Source: Azolla caroliniana (lineage: Eukaryota > Plantae > Polypodiophyta). From it: a stretch of 64,000 nucleotides of DNA. This document shows, piece by piece, positions 11,982-25,303 of this stretch. The DNA is taken from the NCBI GenBank assembly GCA_043228905.1, contig JBHGNT010000004.1, positions 15,004,001 through 15,068,000 of the forward strand, given 5' to 3'. The notes under the pieces are model-generated. The model ran no database searches. It was not told where the DNA came from and worked only from the letters and a program-made list of their open reading frames with translations. Both the position numbers and the translations under genes were made by a program. Each line of letters starts with the position of its first letter. The stretch's first letter is position 1.

Positions 11982-14115
11982 TTAACATCTTTTAAGAGGC
12001 CAAAATGGCCTATAAGACCAAATAAGAGATTACATCTTGAGTGTTGTCTTGTCTTTGAGAACAAATCAAAATAAAATAAATACTATACAGTAAATATAAA
12101 AGTAAATAAGATGAAAAGAGAAGAAACGAGGGAATTTGGTTTTTGGCACATGTGAGATTCTCAAGTTAGGTATATTGTAGCTTTTGTCTTCGAAAGATCT
12201 CTAGCATAGGTCGATCCAGAATGGAAATGTCTCCGAAGCGAGGGAAGCACCTATGATGGCCGAAGATAATGGCTTTTATTTGTCGATGACAAGGGTGTCG
12301 AGGTCGTGGTCCATGGGGGTGGGCGGGGCCTATGTGCACGGCAAATTGCTATTGCCCGATCAATTGTAACCCCTTTGTTATATCCTGGTTTGGAGCCCAT
12401 TTGTGTATCCCGTGATGGACTTATAGGATTAGTAGGAGTGATGGGGCTAAAGAAAGTTGTGATTGTTCTTTGTGGATGAGCTTGTGTGGTTGTATTCTTC
12501 AACAACTTTTCCCGATGTCTCTTGAGCTCTAGCAAGAAAAGTCCTAGGCATCGTTGGTCCTCATATTCGATTACCTTGCGTAGTGGGCCAAAGACTTGTT
12601 TAAAGAGGCAATGGTATCTCCCTCTGATTTCATAAAAGACACTACAATGACAAACATAGTGTTCCTCAGATTCCACTCCTTGATGACACAATTGGCAAAT
12701 TCTCTCTTCTAGAGGTAGTCGTGTATATCTGCCTACCTCAATCTGTAGCTGATGTGATGAAGTTCTTAGCTGCCCTATCACACTACGCAGCGCATAGGAT
12801 AGATGTATGTCCATATAAGGTGGCCTGATGACGAATCCATCCTCCGATGTATGTAAGAAGTGCGTCTTATAGTGGGCCATCTTTGTACCAAGTGGTATTT
12901 TGGGGCTGATCCATGTTATCTTGTTTTCCAAGTTAATAATATCAGTCCGGATCACTCTATTCTTTTCCACTTTGGTCATATTTAGGTGGGGAGAGTCCAA
13001 GCTATATTGGAACGGCGGTATTGCATTTATACTCATGCCATGTGACTCGAACCATTGTTGCATTTCAGCATACCAACAATGAGTGTCTCCATTTTCAGCT
13101 AGTTGTCTTGATGACATCAGTGCCAACCTTGGGTACCTTCGTTTAGGTAGCTCTCAAAGACGGATAAATGTCACTGATCGAAACAATGCCTCGGTTATTA
13201 TTGGTGCTGCTCCCATCTCTGCCCGGATTATATCGTGGGGCACGATGCTTTGCTCCTTATCATGCGAGCAATCATTGACACTAAAGGTCTCTCTAAATCT
13301 TTCCAATGATTTGCCTTGTTAAGACTCGGTCCCCATGTTTCTACTCCATAGAGAAGAGTTGGTGTGACAAGTGTATCAAATAACCATAGCTTAGTCCGTG
13401 GCTCTTGGAATTGCAGATGTGCACATTGTCTCTCGAGAGCACCAAGGGCTGCATATCCACGAGAAAGTCGGGCACAAGCAGCCTCCTATAAGGAGAACCT
13501 AGGTTCTGTAAATGTTACTCCTAGGTATGTGTAGGAGCGTGTGTATTCCACCTTTTCCTCTCCCAAGAAGAATTCTGGTTTTGATCTCATGCTTGAGTGG
13601 TGTTAAACACCATCACTTTAGTTTTGTCCATGTTGATTGACAAACCTTTGTCCGTACAAAATAGTTTTAAGGCATTTAGATGTCTTTGTAGTCCCTCCGG
13701 AGAGTCAGAAATCAGCACAATGTCATCAATATTAGGAAACAGGTCCCTCCGGATGGGAAGTGAGAAGAACAGTGTTGATGAGCAAACTCGGCCGAGGCCG
13801 AATCCGGATGTGGAGTACCCGGCAACGGAAGACCCGGTGAGAACCGGATGACGAGTACCCGACAAGGAAGACCCGGTGAGAACCGGATGTTGCAGGCCTG
13901 GTGAGAACCGGATGACGAGTGCTCGACAAGAGCCGGATGATGCAGGCCCGGTGAGGAGTGCTCACCGGATGAAGGGACATATTCGTAAATATGTTTGTAA
14001 GAGTCCATTGGGGCTATATTTGTCAATAGCCGAAAAGTCATATTAGTATAAATATGACTTAGGGCAAACTTAGTGCTGTGGCCATTCTTGTTGGTGCAAG
14101 ATTTGAGTGCAACCG

Positions 14116-14150
<35 letters not shown>

Positions 14151-17100
14151 GAGGAGGACGTTGTCTCTGTTGTAACCGCCGCTTGTGGCGAAGACAGTGA
14201 ACAAAAGGTCGTTGCCTCTGTGTTCATCTATTGTATATTGTAACATAGTGATAGTTTGCAGTCTGTGGACTACCGTGGTTTTTCCCGTGTTTGGGTTTTT
14301 CACGTAAACATCCTGTGTACTCTTCTCTTTACTGTGTCGTGCGTACATTACCCGTTTTTTGTGTTTGATCCTAGGCTCGGTTATGGCCGAGCGTTGTCTT
14401 TGAGAGCGTGTAGTCCTTACAATCAGCATATAGTAATATTTGTATAGCTATACCTGCTAGGTGTGCTCCGGTGGACTTAGCATCGAGCTTGTTTCTCAGC
14501 TCACTTCTAATGTGTACAAATGCATTACAACCGAAAATTCGTAAATGGTCATATGAGTCCGGTTTGCCAAACCAAACCTCCTCAGGGATTCCATTTCTTA
14601 AGGACTTGTTGGGAGAACGATTACATATATGAACCGCAGTTTTTAATGCTTCTCCCCAAAATTCATGAGGGAGATTAGCTGTGGACAGCATGCACTGTAC
14701 TCGCTCACGCAAGGTCCTATTATACCTTTTTGCCACTCCATTTGATGAAGGGTTATATGGAGTTGTAAGCTGTCTTTTAATACCATGTAAGTTACAAAAG
14801 GACTTAAATTTGGCAGATGTAAACTCACCCCCATTATCTGTTCTAAGACATTTCAGTTTTGTCCCTTTTTGTGTAGTCACAAATGCATGAAAAGATTTAA
14901 ATGCATCAAATGCATATATAGCCTTCGTACATAGTCTAGCATCTCTTCATTTGCAAAGTGACCATTCACATCTTCTTTCTCACCCTTGAGTTATCAAGTT
15001 TTTCTTTTTTATCTCTTGCGTTTGGAAATATCTTCTTTTCTCTCCTCACTACCTTCTTATATAGGTGCCATGCAACATTCCTTTCATTTTCCCCATCTAT
15101 GGACTTAAACCATTTGAGATGCATCTTACATTCATCATTGAACCAAGAGTTACATGGAAAACTAGACATCCTATGCCCACCCACATGCCTCTTAAAGTAT
15201 TGATATCCAACCTTAAGGATGCTATCCTTCAAATGTTGCCAATTTTCATTAATATTGTTCCACTTCATTCGCATACATCTTAGCTTTTTCATAGTAAGGT
15301 CAGATGATACATCTCTTTTCCTCTTTCACGCCATGGCATCTATTGATGAGATGTGGAATTGCAAGCTCTAAGTACAATGGCTTATGGTTTGAATTCGGAT
15401 ATAAAGAGACAACCTTAAACACATTCACCAAGGATAGATCACAAGCCGGCATAATGTGTAATCAACCACACTTCCTTCACCCGAGGATGGTAAACATGTG
15501 AGCACATTTATCAATATGGGAATTCCTTTATACCATTTAGGATAATCAAGTTTGTGCAATTTAGCATATGTATCAAAAGGTTTCCATAATTTGACATGAT
15601 ACAATCCTTTGAGTCACGCAATAGATAGTGTTCTACTACATTTTCTTCAAATGTCTCCACATTTTGGAAATTGCCAACTCTTGCATTAAAGTTTACCATA
15701 ATTAACATTTTACCAAGCTTCTCAAATAAAAGTATATCATGGCATAATTTTGTAAAAGGATTGTCACAATCCAACCCAAAGCTACTATAGCAGTTTTGTA
15801 ACCCCTTTGTTATGTCTTGGTCAGGAGCCCATTTGTGTAACCCTTGATTGATTTGTAACATTGGTAGAAGTGACGGGGCTAAAGAAAGTTGTGATTGTTC
15901 TTTGTGGAGGAGCTTGTGTAGTTATACTATTGTCCTTCAACAACTTTTCCCTATGTCTCTTAAGTTCTAACATGTATCGATGTGTACAGTTCCCTGTTCA
16001 GCTGTTCAGCGAAGAATATGATTTTGTAGTTACATGCAACATATGTAGTATAATGTGTGAAGCGTGAGCCTCCACATTTTTCCATGTCATGATACATTGG
16101 GCTTGCAAAAAGACCTCATTTATAGAGGAATCAAGTGATATGCATCATGAAGCAAATGTGTTGCATCCCATCGTCCAAACCTTTTTTCCATATCTTAAAT
16201 CCAACCAGAACACAAGATTTTCTTTTATGTCTTTTAGATCTTTTTGCTCGTTTCCCATGTTATTCTCGAAAGTTGATGTGAGGGACTTTTTTGAACCTTA
16301 AGCATGTATTTCACAACCCTTCCCATGGCCATGATCTCAATGGAAATTGATCTAGTCTCTAGTAGGAGGGTATATGGTGTTTGGTTTTTAATTTGGAGAA
16401 ACTTTGTAAGAAAATGCTTTTGGACATTTTCAAACTATTTCCAAGTAGATTAAGAGATGCTACCACCCAATACTTCCACACCATAGAGAACCACCATTGT
16501 CATCTAAGTGTCTAAAAGGTATTTCTTGAGGACCCAACACCTAATTTCTCCATGATTGCATGCGTTCTCAAATGCATAATATGTTCTCTTTCTCGCCTCT
16601 AGGTGGCGGGTAGCACATTCATTCCATCTATGATTTGAAGGATCTTCAAGGCCAAGATATTTGAAGCTTTCCACACATTCAAGTGGCTCATTATTGTACA
16701 TAATGCTTGGTTTATATTTTGTTCGCTCTTCACAAGTAATCTTTATTTTAAAACTATTGACACTTAATTTAGTATGTATGCAAAATTCTTCCAATGCCTT
16801 TATAAGCTTTTGTGAATCTCCTAAATTTAGTATGCGGATCACCTAAAGTATTTGCAAAAAACAATACATCATCCACATAGAAAAAGCATGATGAGTGAAT
16901 TCCCAATGGCAACTATATATATATATAGAGAGAGAGAAAATAGAATAGATATTTTATTATCTATAATGAGGCCAATTTTGACGTATGGCACCAAATCAAT
17001 ACATAATCTTGGATGTGACTCCTTAAGAAGGGGGGTTACTATATTAAAAACTCTCGATGTGAAAATAATGCACGCAGATATGTGCTCATTCTTCTCGGTG

Positions 17101-20100
17101 GAAATTTGAGTATGACCTGTCACATTATCATGTTGGTTTAACAAGTCATCATATTTCTCATGAAATACCTTATTCATCCTCCACTAGGTTTTCGTTGCAC
17201 ACCTTGCAATCTTCATGTTTGCGCAACGATGCCATGATGCTACCTCAATACCTAACTTGTTTGAGCAAGATCGAAGAAGTGTTATGACTCTCCAAGAACC
17301 AAGGCTGATGGGGTTTACTCCCTATCTCTTAGACCATTTCATAATGTCAAGTGATAGGACTTTGTAAGGAAGTAGAATATAGAATGACAATTTTCTGAAT
17401 AATCTAAAGGCAGAGATATAGAAACTAAAAACAATTATGGGGTTCAACACATAGGAGGAATTAAAGAAGTAGAAGCAGTTTTGCAAAACAAAAGCCTACC
17501 ACTTAAAAGAATATACAAGGTAGGAGTGCACACACACACATATGTGCTATCCAAGATACATAGAATGTGCTCTTAGAAGAAGAGCTTTAAATACTGATGT
17601 GCTAGCTAAGTTATGGCCTCATAAATATCTATTTAATGCTGAGTGGAATCTTGTACAAGGATCCCATTCAAACTACAAAATATTCTTTTAGAAGTTGTAG
17701 AGCTTTCATAGAAAATGCAAATTTGAGTTTGCATTTTAATTCCTACAAACTTTTATCATGCTTTCCTGCAATGAGCATGCCATCAACATACAAAACCAAA
17801 ATAATAGGACCGTTATTAGTTTCATTTTTCATATAAAGACAAGGATTTTCCGTACTTCGATTGAAGCCATTTGAGAGCATGAATGAATCAAATTTCTTAT
17901 ACCAAAGATGTGAGGCTTGTTTCAGCCTGTAGAGGATTTGTCGAAGTTTACAAACTAAATGCTCTTTTCTTGGAATTAGGAACCCTTCAATCTGCAACAT
18001 ATAAAGTTCCTCATCGAGGCTACCATGAAGGAAGGCCGTCTTTACATCCATTTGATACAGCTCCAAATCTAGGAAGGCTGTAATAACAAAAAGTGTTCTA
18101 AGTGTAATCATTTTGACTACTGGAGCAAAAACCTCCTGAAAATCAATTCCTTGTATTTGTTTGTACCATTTGGCTACTAAATGCCTTTTACTTGGGTTTA
18201 CCTTCTAGAGTCTTTACCTTGTAAACCCACTTGTTGGGTATAACTTCTCCAATTGACCCAAAGATCAAGTTAACTTGACTTGCATTAGAGAAAGTTGACC
18301 GTGAAAGGTATCAGAGATTGGCAGGTCGGCTGATTTATTTGAGTCACGCTTGTCCAGACATTTCATTTGCTTTTGTAAGTCACTACATGCATGATCCAAG
18401 GAAAGATCATATGGATGCAGTGTACTAGATTCTAAGATAACTCAAAGTTGCACTGGGGAAGGGATTGATCTTTAGGAAGCATGATCATTTTAACATTGAG
18501 GACTATTGTGATTTTGATTGGGCTAGTTGTGTTTATGATAGGAAATCCACATCAGGATATATGCATGTTTGTTTGGGGCAATTTGGTCTCTTGGAAGAGT
18601 AAGGAACAGTCGGTACTAGCAAGGTCAACAGCTGAAGTAGAGTATAGAGCTATTGCTGTAGGAGTTGCAGAGATGTTGTGGCTGAGAACTCTCCTAATAG
18701 AACTAAGGATGAATCAAGAAAGTCAAATGAGGCTGTGGTGTGACAATAATTCAGCAATTAGCATTGCCAATAATCCGGTACTACAACATGATAGGACCAA
18801 GCACATCGAAATCAACAGATTCTTTATCAAGGAGAAGCTTGATAGTGGAATATTAAAATTGAGTCATGGTTCTACTGAAGATCAAGTAGCAGATTGTCTT
18901 ACAAAAGGACTTGGCCAGTAAGTCTTTCTAGATTGTGTGACAAGATGGGCTTAGTGGATATCGTTCGCCCATCTTGAGGGGGAGTGTTGAGAATGATTAA
19001 AGTTATAGCCAAATGGTTGGCCCAACAGCTAGTTGGTCCAGCGGCCAGATCTTCGACTTTATAAAGAGGAACCATCTCCTCGTATAACATAAGCGATCTC
19101 TGGGTTTTCTCTCTCCTATTGTGACATATATGTAAACTCTTGAGAATAAATGTGTTTTCTCATTTTTCAATTTGGAACATCCAATCTTTCTTCTTTTGCA
19201 ACATTGTTTGCTATTTCTTCAAGTTTATCAATGCATAGACCAAAGAGTGGGCGAGAGAGGGCACCCTTACTTGACCCCCTTGTTGGTTAAGAAGTACTTT
19301 GAGAAACCATTATCTGTTTTCAGTTGGCACATAACTTGTTCATACTATTGTGCTACAGCTCTATACTCTAATGGCATTTGGATCTCTATCATTCTTTTCC
19401 AAAGCTCGCTCCTTGGTATGGTGTCGAAGGCTTTCTTGAAGGTCCATAAAGCAACAATATAGTGTTTTCCCTTGAAGTCGACTTTCTTCCATGATAATTC
19501 TCAGTGTAACCAAATGATTGATAGTTGAATGTTTTGATCTAAAGCTTGCCTGACCATGTGCTCATTTGTTATGATGTTCAGCCCATGAGCTAATCTTTTG
19601 CCCATGATAGTGCTATATAACTTGGCCATATGTGGGCTAACCATGATAGTTTGAGGATACCATAATTTTATCTCCTCCTTTATGCATTGGTTTAATCCAA
19701 TTCATGAGCCAATCTTCATGGAAGCCTTTCTTGATAGCTTAATCATGATAGTTGCTATCCATTGATGAGTTTGTGGTCTTGTCCATATGAAGAGTTCACT
19801 TGTCATTGCCAACAAACATCTTTTTTGCCCCTCTATTAACATCTTCAATAGACACACATGCCCTCTATGGTGTTTCAATACTCAATGTCACAAGCGTTAT
19901 CCCATACCTACATATTGTTCCATCTCTTCATTGGTGAATTCCCCTTGAGTTGTCTCCATGCTAACTTTGGTTGTAGTTTAAACATTTTGTTTTCTTCTTC
20001 TCTTGTGTTTGATAGTATTGCCTCTTCTTCCTCACCATTCTTCAACATTGATCCAATGTTAGGGCTTTGTTATTTTTATCTTTTGCAGCTTGAACATTTT

Positions 20101-23100
20101 GAGATGAGCTATGTATTCTTCATCAAACCAAGCATTGCAAGTGAAACTAAGCATTCGATGTCCACCTGCACATGCGCTAAAATATTGATAGCCTACCTTG
20201 AGGATAACTTCCTTCAATTCCACCCAAATTGTTTTCACATCTTTACTAAGAGAGATGTTCATGACATAACCCTCAACCTCATTTGCATATAGATTATCTT
20301 TTCCATAGTAGGTTTCATAATGTACGCCTTTTCCTTTTGTACTCTAATGCACTGGGCAGTTTTATACCTTGCTGTTGGAGCAAAAGTTTCCTCGTAATCC
20401 AATCCTTTGACTTGTGAATAGCCTTTTGCAACTAAACGTGCCTTGTGCTTATCCAAAGTACCATTAGAATGGTACTTGGTCTTGAAAATCCATTTCAGTC
20501 CAATGACTTGTCGATGTTGAGGCCGTGGAACCAGCTCCCATGTATGATTCCGCTCAATGGAATCAAGTTCAACTTCTAGTGCTGCTTTCCACTTTGGAAG
20601 AACAAGGGCCTCTTTTGCTGTTGTGGGTTCTTGTGATTGCACAACAGTGCACAGTAAGGCAAAGTTGCATGAGTGAAGAGGCCATTGTGACCTACGTGTT
20701 CTTTTCATGTTGGTCGGATAACTAGATGTATACTCATGAAGTTCAGAATCGGAGAGATGAGAATCACGAATGGTGGCTTAAAGCCACTTGGGAAGTGGTG
20801 GAAGCAGGTGTGTAGAGGGAGGGAAAACGAGTGGAGTTGAGGGAGAGGTTTGAATTGTTAGCGAAGTTAGAGATTGAATAGTGGGTGAGACATCTTCGTC
20901 TAAAATAGGAGATTCCAAAGGAGCTGGGATTTCAATTGTGAACTCAGGGGAAATCCTAGAGTCATCCGGCTGAGACTCCACAAAATGAACATCCCTAGAG
21001 ATGACTAGGAACTTTGATTCTAAATCCCACAACCTGTAGGCTTTAGATTGTGTGTTGTAACCAAGAAATTTGCATTTCTTGGTTTTGGACTCCAATTTAG
21101 TCCTTTTATGATCTGAAATGTGAACATAAGCATCACAACCAAAGACTTTAAAATGAGAAATTGAGGGCATTTACACCTGTAAATGCTTCTGCAGGGGTCA
21201 TTGCAGCAATTGCTTTTGTTGCGCAGCAGTTGATGATGTAGATTGCTGTGTTGACAGCTTCACCCCAAAACGAGAGAGGAAGATCAGATTGAGATGGCAT
21301 TGTACGAGCCATCTCTTGGACTGTCCGGTTCTTCCTCTCCACAACAAAATGGTGTTGTGGAATATTGGGTGTAGAAAATTGGTGTGCAATGCCTCGTTGA
21401 GAGCAAAATTGGTGGAAAGCTTGGGAGATAAACTCTCCACCATTGTTGGACCTGATCTTTCAAACTTTCTTTGATGTCTCGTTCTCAACCAAAGCTACCC
21501 ATTCTTGAAATTTGGTGGAGGCTTGAGATTTCTATACAAGAAAATAAACCCAAACCTTGCGGGAGAAATCATCAATTATAAGCATGAATTAGCGTGCACC
21601 ACCAAGAGTAGTGGTTTTCATGGGACCACCAAGATCCATGTGCACTAACTCCAAGATAGATGTTGCATGGTGAGTGCCTTCATGAGGGAAAGGCTCTCGA
21701 TGTTGCTTGCCATGAAGACAAGCAACACATGGGGTATTGGGAGTTTTGAAAATAGGCAGACCCTCAACTAGCTGTGAAAAGGAGAGCTTTTGTAGAGAAT
21801 CGTAGTTGAGGTGACCAAACCTAGCATGCCACAACGTGGGATCTTCTTGTGCCACCAAGGCATGAGAGCCTTGAAGAGGATAGTTTACTGCAATATGCCC
21901 TGGCCCTTCGCAATAGAGACATAATCGATTTGCTCGACGCCGTTGGTTTTCTTCTTCCGACAATGGACCACGACGACGTGTGGTGTCGGTTTCCATCGGC
22001 GTTGGAGTATTTGCCGGACATGCATTGTATGAGTCCCTTGCAAATGGTTTTGTTGCGATCGAGGCGTATGTGGGCTCCGACCTGGTCCTTCGCATTTGTA
22101 ATTGGTGTTCTGAACGTCGCTCGAAAAGTTGGTTATCGCATCTTACCGCTCGATTGATTGCCTCTATGAGCGATTTTGGATCTTCAATCATCCGAAATGC
22201 ATGGGTACTATTGAGAATATGCAAGTGTGTGCATTTAAGCATGTGTATAAGAAGCCCACCATAACCTTACATGGTACAATCTTCTGGGTGATGCATCAAA
22301 TTTGACACCATTAAATTATTTTTTTGGTAAACTTTATATTTTCTAGCACGGATGGAAAGCTAGTTTGTACCCATTAGTTTGGGTAGCACTCATCACAAGC
22401 GTAATTTCTATTTATTATATTGAAAAGTAATAAAATTGATGCTCATTGGTAGCTGAGTTCTACATTTTGATAAGATGACATGTCGTAAAAGACGAGCCTG
22501 GGAAGCGTCTCAATATTGGGAGCTCTACCACATGCTCATGAGTAGGGACTATGCCCTTGCATGGAAGAGACTACGGGAACCGAGACCACAAACACCCATC
22601 GAGGATCCCAACACTTGGCACACAAATACGGAGAGACTCTACCACGTGCCGAACCAACCACCCATCTCCATGCCCTCCACACCTCGACCTACCATGGGGA
22701 CACTTTTCACGACCTTTAGGGTCACAAAGCTCATAAAAAAACATAGGAAATCCATGGACCACATAGGTTTACGAGCCTAGCACATCATATATGCTCGAGA
22801 GTGCCTAGTCCCTTTTCTCACACTAATCTTTAACCGCACCCTCGCTGAGGGTTTTCCACCACAATGGACCATGAACATAGTGGCCCCTATACATAAAAGA
22901 GGGGACCCAGTGAACCCAAATACATATAGGACCATTATGATAGGTCATACGCTCGCTAAACTATATGGTGCAGTAATGGAAGCAGAGCTCAGTGATTATA
23001 TGGAAACCTTAAGTCTTCGAGCACCTGAGCAGGCTAGTTTTAGACGAGCCTTCTCCACTATTGACCATATCTTCACACTTAGATGCTTAATTGACCAGAT

Positions 23101-25265
23101 GAAGCCTCGCAAGAAGAAACTATATTGTTGCTCCGTGGACTTCCGCAAAGCCTTTTGACACAATTCCTAGGGAACGGTTGTTTGATAGGCTCAAAAGCTT
23201 GGAGATACCAATTGACATGATTTGGGCCATCTATGCTCTATATGAGCAAGTCTCTGGGTGCATAATGCCCAGGTGGCCTATCCAATTGCTTCACTAGCAC
23301 CATTGGTGTAAAACAAGGTTGCCCCCTATCATCGACTCTTTTTGGGATCTACATTGATGAGATCACTGATTTTATTGCTCGTAAGGGAGGCAATGGAGTA
23401 GCCATTGGGGGTACGCAAGTTAGTCTCTTACTCTACACAGATGACATCGTCTTGCTCTCGGTGTCTGAACACGTCCTACAAAAGCATCTTAATGCCCTAG
23501 ATGACTTTTGCACACAACAAGGACTGGTAGTGAATCTAACGAAAACTAAAGTTCTTATCTTTCATACATCGTCTCGAGTTAGGAGTAAATGTCACCTAAT
23601 CCTCTCTCATAAACCAGTTGAGGTAGTTGGATCATATGTGTACTTGGGAGTCACCTTTAGTGCTCGTTTGGGTAAATTCTCGATGACCCAAGCAGCCAAA
23701 GATAGACTAACGAGAGGGTATGCATCTCTCTCACTCTTAGAGAGACAATGCCACCACGCATACTTTCAAGAGCCAGGGACTCATTAGTGACCCCTTCCCT
23801 CATGTATGCATCAGTAGTATGGGCTCCAGGTCTACCATCCTTTATGTGGATGCAATTAGAGAGACCTCTAGTGATGGTGTTATCATGTCAACTCTAAAGC
23901 AAATCGACAATACCACATGACATTATTAGAGCAGAGTTCAGTTTGCCCCAATGTTAGTAAAAGCACTTTTCCAAGTGGTAGTTTTTATTCGTTGGATACA
24001 TAGCCAACCACAAGATAGGATATCCCGTCAAGCCTTTGAGGCGTCCCGATCCCTATATGCGTGTAGAGACACTAGCTCTTGGTATAGCACTGTAGTGAGT
24101 TGGCTACTTGCAAATGGCATAGACATTAATAACCTACCTCCCCTTAAGTACAACCATGGGATTGATCAAACTTTAATCTCTCATGAAGACTGCAATAAAG
24201 TAATACGCCAAGAAATATGGCAAATTTACACCCGATATAAATGTTACCTCAACCCACATATGGAGTTTATCTTCACATAATGTTACTTCAACCCACATAT
24301 ACCTTCTGTATTCATCATACTTACATACTCATATGCAGTTCTCCAAACCATCACCATAAATACATGCCACTTCAGCTCACCTAATATTACTTCTAGTGTG
24401 GGGCCGTATAGATTTTATAGTGTAACCATCAATATTAGATATACGTTTGGCTTCATGTTCCCAAGTTCCAACAAGAAATATAATATCTACAACGCAAGCT
24501 ACATCATTTACTCCCAAGCCTATATTCCATAGACATCCTCTACAATTTCAAAACATGATTTTCAAACTTGAGGCAGTTCCATCAGCCATCACTTGCTATA
24601 CATTTTGAGTTCCATTTTTAGTTGCATAAGCTTCCTTGTTCCTTCTTGCTCCTTTGGGGCTTGGTCTTCTGATACAAAGAAACTTGTACCTTTTATATAC
24701 ACATTGCTACTATCTAAGACTGTAAGACAGTCATCAACTATAAAATGTACCTTGCAATTAATTGTTTATTTGGAACCAACTAGATGAGACATAATATTGG
24801 TAGATTGGCCCTTTCTAAACCTAAAACCTTTTCTCAGGCTTGGTTTCAGCTCAAGTGGCTTAGGCTTTATCAGCTCGGCTCGTTTGGCTTAGCTCAAGGT
24901 TTTCGTGTTTCAATTGTCTTGAACCCTCAACTCCCAACTCCCAACTCCCAACCCTCCAATCCCCATCTCCCACCTCGTGTCCCAATTGAGAGTTTGTAAT
25001 CTACAACTTGCACGATTCCCCTTGCTGTTCCTTGCTGTTATGCACCCATGACTGTGCACTCATTAGGCTGGGGATGAGGGATGTTAAGTAACTACCAATC
25101 AATGGACTAATAATGACAAAAAAGGGAACTCATAAAAGGAGAGAGAAAGCCTTGAGATAGATATGAAATCAAAAATATAAGGAAAAGTATAAAAGAAGTA
25201 TTACAGTGAACGTATAAGTTATTTACTTCTTATTTGTTTACTCTTTCAGTTTTGTGCTAGAGCTT

Positions 25266-25303
<38 letters not shown>

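Noticed and set aside
14371-14880. Integrase-LINE-LTR fusion protein
   Set aside because: Chance in-frame join of three adjacent fragments, with no promoter or start context.
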